Source: Calditrichales bacterium
GTDB taxonomy: Bacteria; Calditrichota; Calditrichia; Calditrichales; J004
Assembly: GCA_015493745.1 (NCBI GenBank)
Contig: WGCN01000013.1
Span: 10,733-74,732 of the forward strand
Direction of reading: 5' to 3'
DNA: 64,000 bases
Positions within the stretch are counted from its first letter, which is position 1. Every line of letters begins with the position of its first letter. Below the pieces are notes generated by a model. That model saw only the letters and a list, made by a program, of their open reading frames with translations. It made no database searches and was not told the DNA's origin. Positions 8,818 through 19,100 of the stretch are shown here, one piece after another. The translations under genes and the position numbers were made by a program.

Positions 8818-11800
8818 TTAGAAGAACTCCAGTTGTTGTCTTCTTTGAATAATAAACAGTTTGAGTACCTTAGTTGCGCTACTGCCATCCGAAAGAGTCA
8901 TATCAACATGAGCAAAATACATACCGCTGGCCACAGGCAGGGCATTGTCATTCCGCAGATCCCATTTCAGGAACTGACTCGTGTTGTTAGACGGTGTTTC
9001 CAGCTTACGTACCTGCTCACCGGCGAGGTTAAAGATACGAATAGTAGCTTTTTTCGGCACATGATAGAAGGTTACGAATCTATCAAAGCGGCCGGATTCC
9101 TGAGAGTTGCCCGCATAATAGGGATTCGGGAATACAGTAACTTTATCAGCGTCTTCTCTTTCCAGGGCAATGGACTGTTCCACAGCCGGAGCATCAAAGA
9201 CGAACTTATCAGCGGCGGAGTTTACGTGATTGGCGTATACGTTAAACTCAAACGGGGCCAACAGATAACTACGCGTACCACGGGCTTGCGGCCAGATGGC
9301 ATAAAGCACATCGGCTATGGGACCCCAGTTTACGTTGTCATAGTCGGCACCTTCATTATAGTCGCTGTTCATGATAAAGGTATATTCACGTCCACCCAGA
9401 TCGGCAAAGTTTGAGTCGTTTATAGCCCAGCCCATATCCCAGAGCAGGTTGGCGTTACCGTTACTGGCATCCTCTACGAAACAAACGTTGATTTGACGAG
9501 GCGGATCCTGTTCCATGTCAAAAGCGGCAAAGGGCATATCGCCAATACCACCGGCAGGATAACCCAGGTCGCGACGGTAAGTTTGGCCCTTGGACCATCT
9601 GTCGGGGAACTGAGTCTTACTGGCAGCCACAACATCAGCGGTAGGACGTCCCACAGCGCTTCCTGTTGTATCGGCAGCCCAGAACAGGGTTACATTGGTA
9701 TATTCGGTCGGATCGGTGATGGTACTGCCAAAGAAATTGGCACCGAGATCCATACCGCCGAAGAAATATCCACCGCCCCAGTTAACGCCGGAGAACCAAC
9801 GGTTACCGGTGTAATCCCAGTCATTGATGCCCGGAGGAGGTCCAAAGACCTTTACTTGCAGACCATCAACGATCGGTGCATCATTACCTGTAGCACCGCT
9901 CGGATACTGCAATTGACCGTCAAGTACTGTTGTTTGGGTAGTGGAATCTCTTAATCCCCAAACGGTTTCACCGTAATTGGCGGAATTGGTATCTGTTTCG
10001 GTATAGAAAAATACGCTGTAGGTATGACCGGTCGTTTTGGCCGGGTCAACCACGACGATTTCCACGGAACCGTCACTCACCCCTTCGTGCGATACGGCCA
10101 GGGTGGAACCTGCTTTTCCTTCAACACGCTTACCGGGAGACGGTGACTGTGTTTGAACAGGAATAACGATCAGGGAAGACTCGAGAGCCTTATCCTGAAT
10201 CAGTTGCGGATCCGGGTTGTAGTTGTAAGCGGTTACCGCAAAATAATAGGTATTTCCGGGGAACAACGCTTCGCCGGTCAGATAGTTTTTATCAACAACA
10301 AAATAGCGTTTAACGCCGTTGTCTTTACCAAACTGTACCGGTACGGTTTTTGTAGTTCCATATTCTTCAAGGAACTTGGGTTGTTCAATGGTGGTCACAC
10401 CATCAACAAGGTCAAAAGTACCGATCAGCTGTGTTTTTGCATCCAAACCAAAGCTAAGCTGATAAACATTGTATCCCTGGAATGAATATTCCGTGGAATC
10501 ACTATCAGCATACTTTGTGTTTTCGGTGCGGCTCACAGCTTCGGCATCATCACCCCAGCTCAGAACGATGGTATTCTCAAAAGGACTGGCCACAACCTGC
10601 GGCGCGGGAGGCGCTTTGGGAATAGTGGCAAACAGATCATCATACAGTTTTTGAGCCAGTTTATCAGTTTCTTTAACCTGTACAACAGAGTTAATGTAGT
10701 CGGAACCGCTACCACCGATAACGGCAACAACGATTTCCTGCTCATCTCCGGGAGCCATGGTGAAAGGTCCGGTGGAAAGGCTCATACGGCGGTCAGCGGG
10801 GGCAAAGTTGGCGCCTTGACCGTCCAGATCACCGGTTCCCGTGGCGGGATCACCGTCAAGCGGGAACTTTGTTACCTCACCGGTTGCGCGATGGGTGAAC
10901 GGTGTGGGGTTATCAACCTCCGTATTGGTAATAAAACCACGCAGCAGGTTATACCACTCAAGAGTACCATTATAGTTACCCAGTTGGGGATCACTCCACT
11001 CGGTGTTACCGGCGGAGAAATAACCAAAAGAGGTCATCGGGATGTTTACTTTACCCGGTCCTACTTTTTTCAGATTGAAAACGGCATAATCCTCGGCATC
11101 GTCAATACCATTGTGGTTGATGTCCTGACCGGCAACGCCGTCTACGATGGGGCCTTGAAAAAAGTCATAACCCATGGCGGAAGGTGCCACGCCAAAACGA
11201 TCAAATTCATCATCATTCGGGCCGCCATTATAGGCAAAACCTAAGCCAAGATCAGGGTCACAACCTACAAGGTCGTCTGTATAGTTACCCACATCCGGGT
11301 CGCACCACTGTGCCACATACATGCTGTCAAAGGTAACATCGGACTTGTTGATCAATTTATATTTTTTGAACATCAATTGTCCCAGGCGGGCGTCTTTTTG
11401 GTTGTAGCCCCACATGGTTACCTGAAGCTCGATACCCATGGGATCGGAACCATACAACTGGGTTGTACGTCCGGCGTCGGAGTCGTCAACGACAAAGAAT
11501 ACGACCTGATCGGCGCTGGCGATACCGGGATAATCCCCTTTATTGGGATCGGCCATGCCATTCTCATCGAGAACAGGATCATAGGCGCCGTTATCATTTA
11601 CGTCAATATAAGGAGCACCTTCGGCTACCGGCCAGTTTTTCCAATCCAGCTTATATTGCTCGATGATCTGGTCGGCCTGTTCTTCCGTAACGGACTCCAG
11701 AGGCACTTCGAAAAACTCGGAAGCGTCCTCTTTTACCTGGGCACGCGTCAACGAAGCCCAGTCGGAACGGATACGATAGATTTGATCAAAAACAGCCGCG

Positions 11801-12153
11801 GTACCGGTTCGATAGGTAGAACCCCCTACCTGAATACGAGTGCCTGTACCATCAGCATTGGGAACCAAGGCCCCCCAAACCACGCCATCTTCATAGATCA
11901 CGTTGGATGTTCCACGGGGATAAATACCGCCGCCATTGCCATTGGGATCGATACCGGATTTACCGTCATAGTAAAGCCAGTAGGCCCAGTTATTAATATT
12001 AGACAAGGTACGGGTCGGGTTCAACGCGGACGTTTTATAAAAACTCTGCGTACTCCGAGCATTCTCGGGCCCCTTCGCGTACAGGGAGCCTATTGTTATC
12101 AATAAGAACAGGCTCATTATTAGAATAGTAAAATTCAATGATTTTCGGTTCAT
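8818..12153 (-). CDS. large secreted protein of unknown function with T9SS type-A-like C-terminal sorting domain
   Basis: 1111 aa. Signal peptide (…LLITIGSLYA). No catalytic motif recognised. The C-terminal ~100 aa (VTVFPNPYYAGNS...ATIRIFNLAGEQV...ASGMYFAHVDM...KLFIIQ) fit the CTD/FlgD-Ig pattern. 34 nt after the TonB-dependent receptor gene and 45 nt before the PorV-like gene. Confidence 0.8.
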   Translation of the reverse strand: MNRKSLNFTILIMSLFLLITIGSLYAKGPENARSTQSFYKTSALNPTRTLSNINNWAYWLYYDGKSGIDPNGNGGGIYPRGTSNVIYEDGVVWGALVPNADGTGTRIQVGGSTYRTGTAAVFDQIYRIRSDWASLTRAQVKEDASEFFEVPLESVTEEQADQIIEQYKLDWKNWPVAEGAPYIDVNDNGAYDPVLDENGMADPNKGDYPGIASADQVVFFVVDDSDAGRTTQLYGSDPMGIELQVTMWGYNQKDARLGQLMFKKYKLINKSDVTFDSMYVAQWCDPDVGNYTDDLVGCDPDLGLGFAYNGGPNDDEFDRFGVAPSAMGYDFFQGPIVDGVAGQDINHNGIDDAEDYAVFNLKKVGPGKVNIPMTSFGYFSAGNTEWSDPQLGNYNGTLEWYNLLRGFITNTEVDNPTPFTHRATGEVTKFPLDGDPATGTGDLDGQGANFAPADRRMSLSTGPFTMAPGDEQEIVVAVIGGSGSDYINSVVQVKETDKLAQKLYDDLFATIPKAPPAPQVVASPFENTIVLSWGDDAEAVSRTENTKYADSDSTEYSFQGYNVYQLSFGLDAKTQLIGTFDLVDGVTTIEQPKFLEEYGTTKTVPVQFGKDNGVKRYFVVDKNYLTGEALFPGNTYYFAVTAYNYNPDPQLIQDKALESSLIVIPVQTQSPSPGKRVEGKAGSTLAVSHEGVSDGSVEIVVVDPAKTTGHTYSVFFYTETDTNSANYGETVWGLRDSTTQTTVLDGQLQYPSGATGNDAPIVDGLQVKVFGPPPGINDWDYTGNRWFSGVNWGGGYFFGGMDLGANFFGSTITDPTEYTNVTLFWAADTTGSAVGRPTADVVAASKTQFPDRWSKGQTYRRDLGYPAGGIGDMPFAAFDMEQDPPRQINVCFVEDASNGNANLLWDMGWAINDSNFADLGGREYTFIMNSDYNEGADYDNVNWGPIADVLYAIWPQARGTRSYLLAPFEFNVYANHVNSAADKFVFDAPAVEQSIALEREDADKVTVFPNPYYAGNSQESGRFDRFVTFYHVPKKATIRIFNLAGEQVRKLETPSNNTSQFLKWDLRNDNALPVASGMYFAHVDMTLSDGSSATKVLKLFIIQRRQQLEFF

Positions 12154-12187
12154 TTGTTACCTCACAATTAGTTTACATCTACTCTTC

Positions 12188-15163
12188 TTAGTAGGTAAGT
12201 TTTACGCCGAAGAAAATTTGCCGCGGCTGACCAAACAGCTCAAGGCCTAGCTGACTACGATAAGCACCGCCGTTATCCAAAACGATGGCCTGATACATAT
12301 CGCGGTACTGAGGACCGAGTTGCTCAATATTTTGGCCGGACAATTCCGGGTTAGTTAAATAACCATCATCCGTGGCGCTGCCTGTTTTCTGATAAACATT
12401 GATAACGTTTTTAGTGTTAAACAGATTATTTATACGTACATAAAATGTAGCGTCAATCTGATCGGTAACATTAAGGGTTTTATCCAGGCGTAAGTCCGTA
12501 ACAAAATTCCAGGGAGTTGTCGAGCTGTTCAGCGGTTCCAGAGCGGAACGGGAACGTGTATCGGACATGTAATCCACACCGGCGGTGTAAGGATCAACCT
12601 GTCCACCCGGAGGGGCTGTTACGAGAGTATAAGGGTGACCGGAATTGAAGGTAAAGAGCAGATTGGCTCCAAAGTTTTCCAAAACAGGTCCGCCATCACC
12701 CTTGCCAAAACGATAATCTAGGTTAATGGAACCGCGATGACGCTGAGCGTAATCCAGCGGCGACAGGATCGTCGGCAGATTGGCGTCGCGCTCGGCGGCG
12801 GAGATAAAGGAAGTACTACCGGAACCGGTACCTTCGGCATCGGTGTAGGTATAGTTAAACTGAGCCTGCAAACGCTGATAACGGCGCAGGGTCATTTTAA
12901 ATTCAAGACCTTTGGTTGTGGCAAAGTCACCATTTACAAGACGGTTATAAACCTGACTTGCGGCATCTCTATTCGGCTTTTGACGAACCGTCTGAACCTG
13001 ACCCTTGATATTACGATAGAAACCGGTAATATCAAAAGCGGCATAGTCGGACAACTGACGACGGAAACCCACTTCATAGTTGGTGGTACGAACCGGATCC
13101 AGACCAAAACCGACGGCACGCAGAGCAAAACCGCCCACGGTAATAATGTTACTGGCGGTTCTTTCACTGGTGTAAATCTGGTTCAGGCTGGGCATCTGGG
13201 CAAATTTACCGTATTGCAGATAGAATACGGTTTTCTCATCCACGGGGAAGGAGAAACCCAAACGCGGGCTAACCAGAACGAAAGGATCCATGTCCCTCCA
13301 CTCACTGGCCAGAATCTGACTGGTATTCTTATCAAATTTAACATCAGCCGGGTCACGCAGACGGCGGTCATCGGGATCAAAATAATCCAAACGCAGACCG
13401 GCATTGATGATCAGATCATCATACTCGATTTTATCCTGCAGGTATAAAGCGCCAAATATGGGCTTTTTCGGGGCCAGGGCCACGCTACCGTCGGAATAGG
13501 TTTTGGCATCATCAATGCTATTGCCATAAATATCATAACCATAGGAGTCAACGCCACCGTTTTGGTTCCAGACATTGACCGGTACATTATTAACGCCACC
13601 GTAAGTGGTAATACCAAACCTGTTACCATAGGACGGATCGGCCGCGAAGAGCATTACACTGGGAGCGATATCAAAATAGCGTACCGTATAGGCCTTAACC
13701 TCGGCACCGGCTTTGATCTCATGGTGACGACCCAACTGGGAAGTCAGATTAAACGAACCGGAAAAATAACTTTGATCCAGTTTTCTGTAGAAATTACTAG
13801 GGGCTCCTTTTCTGGAGAAAGGAATACCATTAAGAACATAGTTAAAGTCAGGACGCCAGGCATCGCGATAGGTAGCGCCATGGGCGGCTACTTTAGAGCT
13901 GTCATACCAGGACATCCAGTCATTACCCAGATAGCTGTCACCACGCTCAATCGTGGAACTGAAAGCACCCAAATTCACTTCATAGAAGGTGGTCGGGGAA
14001 AGGATATGCGTCATCTTAGCCGATACCAGGTAAGAATTCAGATCGTCATATACTTCGCGGTCGCGAAGAATGTTCAGCCAGGGGGCCCCATCCGTATAAG
14101 TTCTACGGGTATTAAAGGCGCCGGAAACACGAAAGTTGATCGGATTAAAATCAAAACTGATCGTTCCGTTTAACGCATAACGGTTGCTTTGATTTCGGGG
14201 GGTAAAACCATCCGGATAACTGAGATTAACCGTATCCGTTCTGGTTCTGTTCGGGTTGGCGTCTATAAGGTTGTTAAAGGTAAAGCCTTTGCCAAAACGT
14301 ACTTCGTCATCACCCTGAAAGTAGTTTTCACCGGCGATATAGAATTTAATCTTATCACCCATGATCGGCCCGCTTAATGTAACAACGCCGATTCTGTGCT
14401 GATAGGAGTAGGTATCAAGGAATTTTTCACCTTCGGCGGCAAATCCATCCAACTGATAGTCAAGAGAAGCACGGAAATCGCTGGTACCGGACTTTAACTG
14501 GGTACGGATAATACCGGAGTTGGCACCGCCAAACTCGGCACTGTATCCACCGGTCAAAACCTGAGTTTCCTCCACAGCATCCTGAATGATGTATACAGCG
14601 TTTGTGTTGGACAAGGCGCTGGAAGTGGAAGCTCCGTCGAGATAATACCCAACTTCATCGGAACGGCCGCCACGAATGTGAACAACACCGTCCTGAACAA
14701 CCACACTGGGCTGCAGGGCCAGGAAATTATTCAAACCGCGAACGGGAATACTTTCCAAATCCTTCGAGGTGATCAATGAATAACTTTGGGTAACGTTTTT
14801 TTCCACCAGGGGACGTTCACTGACAACAACAACGGCATCTGTTTCCAGTACCTGCTGGCTCAGTTCGAAATCCACGTTGGTGGTAACACCCGCCGAGACA
14901 CGGACGCCTTCTTTAATCACGTCCTGATAGCCAACGTAGTTGGCGCGTATTTTATAAGTAGCAACCGGTACGTTGAGAACGACATAATAACCATCCACGT
15001 CGGTCATGGCTCCCAGGGAAGTTCCCTCAAGAATCACGTTCACGCCGACCAACGGCTCACCGGTATCCTTATCCTGGATAAAGCCGGTAATTTTACCTGA
15101 TGATTGCGCGAAAAGCGACAATGGAATAGTTATAAATAAAAACAGAAGTAACCTTCTTAACAT
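12188..15163 (-). CDS. TonB-dependent receptor with N-terminal carboxypeptidase-regulatory-like domain (SusC/RagA-style architecture)
   Basis: 991 aa. Signal peptide. CarboxypepD_reg-like segment GKITGFIQDKDTGEPLVGVNVILEGTSLGAMTDVDGYYVV...YKIRANYVGY. Plug region VEKNVTQSYSLITSKDLESIPVRGLNNFLALQPSV. Long barrel ending FFGVKLTY. AGGAGG 5 nt upstream of the ATG. Confidence 0.9.
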   Translation of the reverse strand: MLRRLLLFLFITIPLSLFAQSSGKITGFIQDKDTGEPLVGVNVILEGTSLGAMTDVDGYYVVLNVPVATYKIRANYVGYQDVIKEGVRVSAGVTTNVDFELSQQVLETDAVVVVSERPLVEKNVTQSYSLITSKDLESIPVRGLNNFLALQPSVVVQDGVVHIRGGRSDEVGYYLDGASTSSALSNTNAVYIIQDAVEETQVLTGGYSAEFGGANSGIIRTQLKSGTSDFRASLDYQLDGFAAEGEKFLDTYSYQHRIGVVTLSGPIMGDKIKFYIAGENYFQGDDEVRFGKGFTFNNLIDANPNRTRTDTVNLSYPDGFTPRNQSNRYALNGTISFDFNPINFRVSGAFNTRRTYTDGAPWLNILRDREVYDDLNSYLVSAKMTHILSPTTFYEVNLGAFSSTIERGDSYLGNDWMSWYDSSKVAAHGATYRDAWRPDFNYVLNGIPFSRKGAPSNFYRKLDQSYFSGSFNLTSQLGRHHEIKAGAEVKAYTVRYFDIAPSVMLFAADPSYGNRFGITTYGGVNNVPVNVWNQNGGVDSYGYDIYGNSIDDAKTYSDGSVALAPKKPIFGALYLQDKIEYDDLIINAGLRLDYFDPDDRRLRDPADVKFDKNTSQILASEWRDMDPFVLVSPRLGFSFPVDEKTVFYLQYGKFAQMPSLNQIYTSERTASNIITVGGFALRAVGFGLDPVRTTNYEVGFRRQLSDYAAFDITGFYRNIKGQVQTVRQKPNRDAASQVYNRLVNGDFATTKGLEFKMTLRRYQRLQAQFNYTYTDAEGTGSGSTSFISAAERDANLPTILSPLDYAQRHRGSINLDYRFGKGDGGPVLENFGANLLFTFNSGHPYTLVTAPPGGQVDPYTAGVDYMSDTRSRSALEPLNSSTTPWNFVTDLRLDKTLNVTDQIDATFYVRINNLFNTKNVINVYQKTGSATDDGYLTNPELSGQNIEQLGPQYRDMYQAIVLDNGGAYRSQLGLELFGQPRQIFFGVKLTY

Positions 15164-15345
15164 ATCTACCTCCTATATGGGTTATTAGACAAAGACGAGA
15201 AAACAACAGATTTACCTTTACCTCATAGAAGCCCTCCTGTGAGTATATTTTCAAAATGAATTATGTATAATATTGGTTAGGTACATTGGGGGGAAGATTC
15301 CCAATGATTGTGCAAGGTAAGGGTTTTAACTAAGTATGTCAAATG

Positions 15346-15360
15346 ATTTCAGCGCCTCTT
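15346..15360. repeat. direct repeat copy 1 (ATTTCAG-CGCCTCTT) in the receptor upstream region
   Basis: 15 nt identical to 15534-15550 apart from a 2-nt GG insertion in the other copy. A GC-rich core in an AT-rich spacer. On the minus strand it sits immediately upstream of a TTGACA hexamer. Confidence 0.6.
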
Positions 15361-15533
15361 TACAAAATTGAGGCAATCACTTTATTTTTTCTAAATTATT
15401 GATTTTTAAAGTATAATTTACATACAAAATATTGACATTTTTTAGCTCTTTTCCGCTTATAACCCTGTAAAATAAAGCCATTTTTATTCCTCTACATAAT
15501 AAAACCGGACAAAAAACACCTTTATAGCGAATA

Positions 15534-15550
15534 ATTTCAGGGCGCCTCTT
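15534..15550. repeat. direct repeat copy 2 (ATTTCAGGGCGCCTCTT)
   Basis: See copy 1. Lies about 190 nt further upstream relative to the minus-strand receptor gene, next to a CCTTTA/TAAAGG hairpin (15551-15567). Confidence 0.6.
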
Positions 15551-15569
15551 CCTTTAAACAATAAAGGAC

Positions 15570-15597
15570 AAAAAAAAAGCGGCTTAAGAAAACCGCT
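15570..15597 (-). terminator. rho-independent terminator after lipoprotein gene 15616..16173
   Basis: Minus-strand RNA AGCGGUUU-UCUU-AAGCCGCU forms an 8-bp stem (one G-U) with a tetraloop, followed by U9. Confidence 0.65.
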
Positions 15598-15615
15598 TTT
15601 AATTTTTAACTGTCT

Positions 15616-16173
15616 TTACAAACTATCCAGTTCCTCCAGCTTTTCCAGAAGGATACGTGCAATATCCGGATCACTGACACTGGCGCTGAAGGTGCTGTCT
15701 AACAGCTTTATCTTTTCGATACATTTACTGTAATTTACCAGGTGGAAATAACCGGCCGCCTGCAGCCAGAGCAGATCTTCGGCATTAAAGGACGTATAGT
15801 GTACAAAACTGTAGCTGCTTTCAGCGGACAATACAATATCCGCCCTCTCGATACTTTTGCTGTAATTGCCTATGGCCCATAAGGCGAGGCTCCAGCCGGC
15901 ATTACTGTCAATCCGTTGTTCACCGGCGTTTTCCTCAAACTTTCCTTCGGCATAGTTTAGCGAGTCCAGAAAAAGCGCGCTCCAGGCCGCTCCTTCCGTC
16001 GCTTCCGGTGAATTCAATTTTTCAAAATCTTTCAGGGCCTGTTCATAGTCCCCCTGTTCAAACACCGTCCAGGCATCTTCCACCGTCGGCGGATTGTCTG
16101 AATCCGTAGCTCCACCGCAAGCGCTCAAGGCCACGGCAATTGTTATAAATAAAAGACTTTTAATTGTTTTCAT
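15616..16173 (-). CDS. hypothetical lipoprotein (helical, TPR-like)
   Basis: 185 aa. Lipobox in MKTIKSLLFITIAVALSACGG. Helical repeat-like composition. 24 nt downstream of the BNR protein gene. AGGAG upstream. Confidence 0.7.
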   Translation of the reverse strand: MKTIKSLLFITIAVALSACGGATDSDNPPTVEDAWTVFEQGDYEQALKDFEKLNSPEATEGAAWSALFLDSLNYAEGKFEENAGEQRIDSNAGWSLALWAIGNYSKSIERADIVLSAESSYSFVHYTSFNAEDLLWLQAAGYFHLVNYSKCIEKIKLLDSTFSASVSDPDIARILLEKLEELDSL

Positions 16174-16197
16174 CTTTTTCTCCTGTCATTTTATAGC

Positions 16198-19100
16198 TTA
16201 GCGTACCAACAGCATTTTTCTGGAAATTCGCGTATTACCCGCCTGAAGGGTATACACATACAATCCGCTGGCCACCTGCCGTCCCTGGTGGTTGATTCCT
16301 TTCCACTGAACGGTGTAAAAACCGGCATCCTGCACCCCATTCACCAGAGTAGTGATTTCACGACCCAGCATATTATAGACGGTTACCTTAACCTGAGCGG
16401 TCGACGGAATTTGATAACGGATCGTTGTCGTAGGATTAAACGGGTTCGGGAAATTCTGCTCCAGATTAAAAGTTTCGGGAACGGCAACGGCATCCGGGTT
16501 ATAAAAAACCGCGTACTGTCCATATCCGGGAAGCAAAGCCTCCACCCGGCCGTTATTTCCATAACCGCCGACATACTGCCAGTCCCCGCTCACATATTGA
16601 TAGACCCCGATCCGGCCTTCCTCAAAGTCGCCGAACTCTTCGGAAATACTCTGTACCGCGGCATCATCATAAGTGAAAGGCAGGGAAAGGACTCCTGTCA
16701 GTCCGGCATTGCCGTCGATATTTAAAATTTCACCCAGGCGTATCATATCCCCCTCATCCGCATTGGCGGAAGCTGCCAACTGCGTCAGCCGGTCGGAAAA
16801 AGAGGTCACCACATATCCGGGCGAAGCCACGGAAGAGGCGCTGATACGAACAGGCTCCCTTCCGTCAGGCAGGGAAATACTCTGCACACCTGTTTTGGTC
16901 AGCGAGGATATGGCGTAGGTTTCAACCAATTCGCTGGTCGCGCCAAACTGATTCCTGGCCGAAACGGTTACTTTTAAACTGCCGGTATCTTTTAATTTAT
17001 ATTTTGTGGCATACACAAAACTTGAGCTTCCTATGTAGCTCATCAGGTCATTTGACGCTACCTTTGTACCGTCGCCCTTAGTCAGTTCATAACTGATCTC
17101 CGGGTTTACGCCAAGCTTGATATCGCTCACCAGGTAAGATCGCAGGTTTGCCTTAACCACCTCGGCGGCCAGCATCCCCAAGGCTATATCCGGTGAGGCC
17201 GTCGAGTTTATGGTTACGCTCCTGCTGTTTTCACGTACTTTTCCGTTTTTATAGGCTAAAAGGGATATTTTCACCTTGCCGCTCAACGTTTTCGGTGTAG
17301 GGACGGTAAATACCGTATCCACCGTCGCCTTTACCGACCCAACCACGGCCAGTTTATTTGTCCCGGCCCAAATCACGGTGGAGTCGGAGGCAAAGCGCAT
17401 CTTTAAGGAGAACTTTATATCTCCGTCGGAGTCCTGTGTAATGGAAGAAATCAAGGGCGCGTAGGGCTTATCCTCCGTCAATTGCGGAATGGTTATCGAC
17501 CAGACTCCCCGGCCATGGGTAGCCACCACGATCTGATCCTCAACCTCCTTTAACTGCCATATTGAAGCCGCCGGCATACCATAATCGGCAAAATGCCAAC
17601 TGGCCCCGCCGTCGGTGGTTTCAAAAAGCCCGATCTCCGTACCGGCCCACATCATATCCGTGTCAAAGGGCATAACCAACAGGTCGTATACCGCCACATT
17701 GGGAAAGCCGGCCGTGGAAACGCCGTTGGAATACCCGGAGATATCAATCCACGTTTGTCCCAAATCCGTGGTTTTCAGGATTTTGGGCGCATTGTCAAAG
17801 GAGAACATGACATAGGCGGTTGAATCGGAAACAGGATCCGTGGACATGCCACTGATCCGCCCCAGGGTAATGCCGGCATAATTATTTACCGGCTGAAAGG
17901 TCTCTCCTTCATCGGTGGAAACAAATATCCTGCCGGTGGAGCTCATACGATCACCGGCCCATACAATATTCGGATTAACCTTGGACACTTTCACATTGGA
18001 AAAGCTGCCTCCTGCCGTCCAGGCCTCATTCTCGATCACCTTGGTCACCCAGGTCTTGCCAAAATTCGTGGATTTATAAACACCCCGTGATGAAACGGCA
18101 AAAAGCATATCCGGCTTAATCTGTGAACCGGTTATTTTTGTGATAAACGGATCGGTATTGGAAGAACCGCGATTGGAGACACTCCAGGTTTTTCCTCCAT
18201 CCACGGAACGTTCCAGGTTGCCAAACTGCCAACTGCCGATCATTTTTTTAGGATCATTAAAATGCCATACCACATTAAAACCATCGGCGTTGACCGAGAA
18301 TTGTCCGTAGTTCCACTCGGAACTGCTGTCGGGGTCTTCGTTGGAATACCAGGTGCCGTTATCCTGAGCACCGGCCAGGTAGGCATTGGCTCCCGGCTTT
18401 TTATCCACACCGTAATACTGGGTGGAATTTATGCCGACAGTTCGAACCCAGCGCGCATCCAGGGTGGTGGCATAGGCTACGCCGCCGTCATTGGCATTGA
18501 TCAGCCCATAGCTGCCGTCCGTGTTTTTAAAAGCTTTCAGGTTATGATGATCCACATGAGCCCCATGAGCCTGTGAGAAATTTTCCGCCAGACGTGTGAC
18601 GGAAGAATTGACCACTTCGCCATAAAGTATTTGCAGATTGGCTTCCGAAGAAGGAAGGTTGTCATTATCAAAAGGGGTGGAGCCCGGTGATACCGGCCAG
18701 TAAAAATAAAGCAGTTTATCCAGATGGCCGCCGTTCCGGGCTATGTTCTCGTTGGGATTTTGCGCGTCATAGGTATAACCGCTGATAAAGACATACTGCC
18801 GGGTTTCAAGATCGTTGGAATAGTTAAAGACGCTGTCCCGATCCTGATCACGAAAGGAGACCATCAGCTGACGATTGTTGGTAATATCCCAGGCCTCAAA
18901 GGGAATATCGACATAATCGACATAGGTATACTGGGAAGTCGGTACGCCGGAGGTGGAACCTTCCGGCACGGTAAAACGGTGCGCTTTTTGTCCTTTTCCG
19001 GGACCAAAACGCAGTTCAACGGAAACGAAATCGGAATCGGCCAGGCTAGGCGCGTTCTCATCCTTACCGTCTGAGTAATAAAAACCGTTGAAATTTTTAT

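Noticed and set aside
15310-15345. Possible sigma54 promoter (a TTGCA -12-like element) upstream of the TonB-dependent receptor.
   Set aside because: The required GG of a TGGCAC -24 element is absent at the correct spacing (the sequence there is AAACCC).
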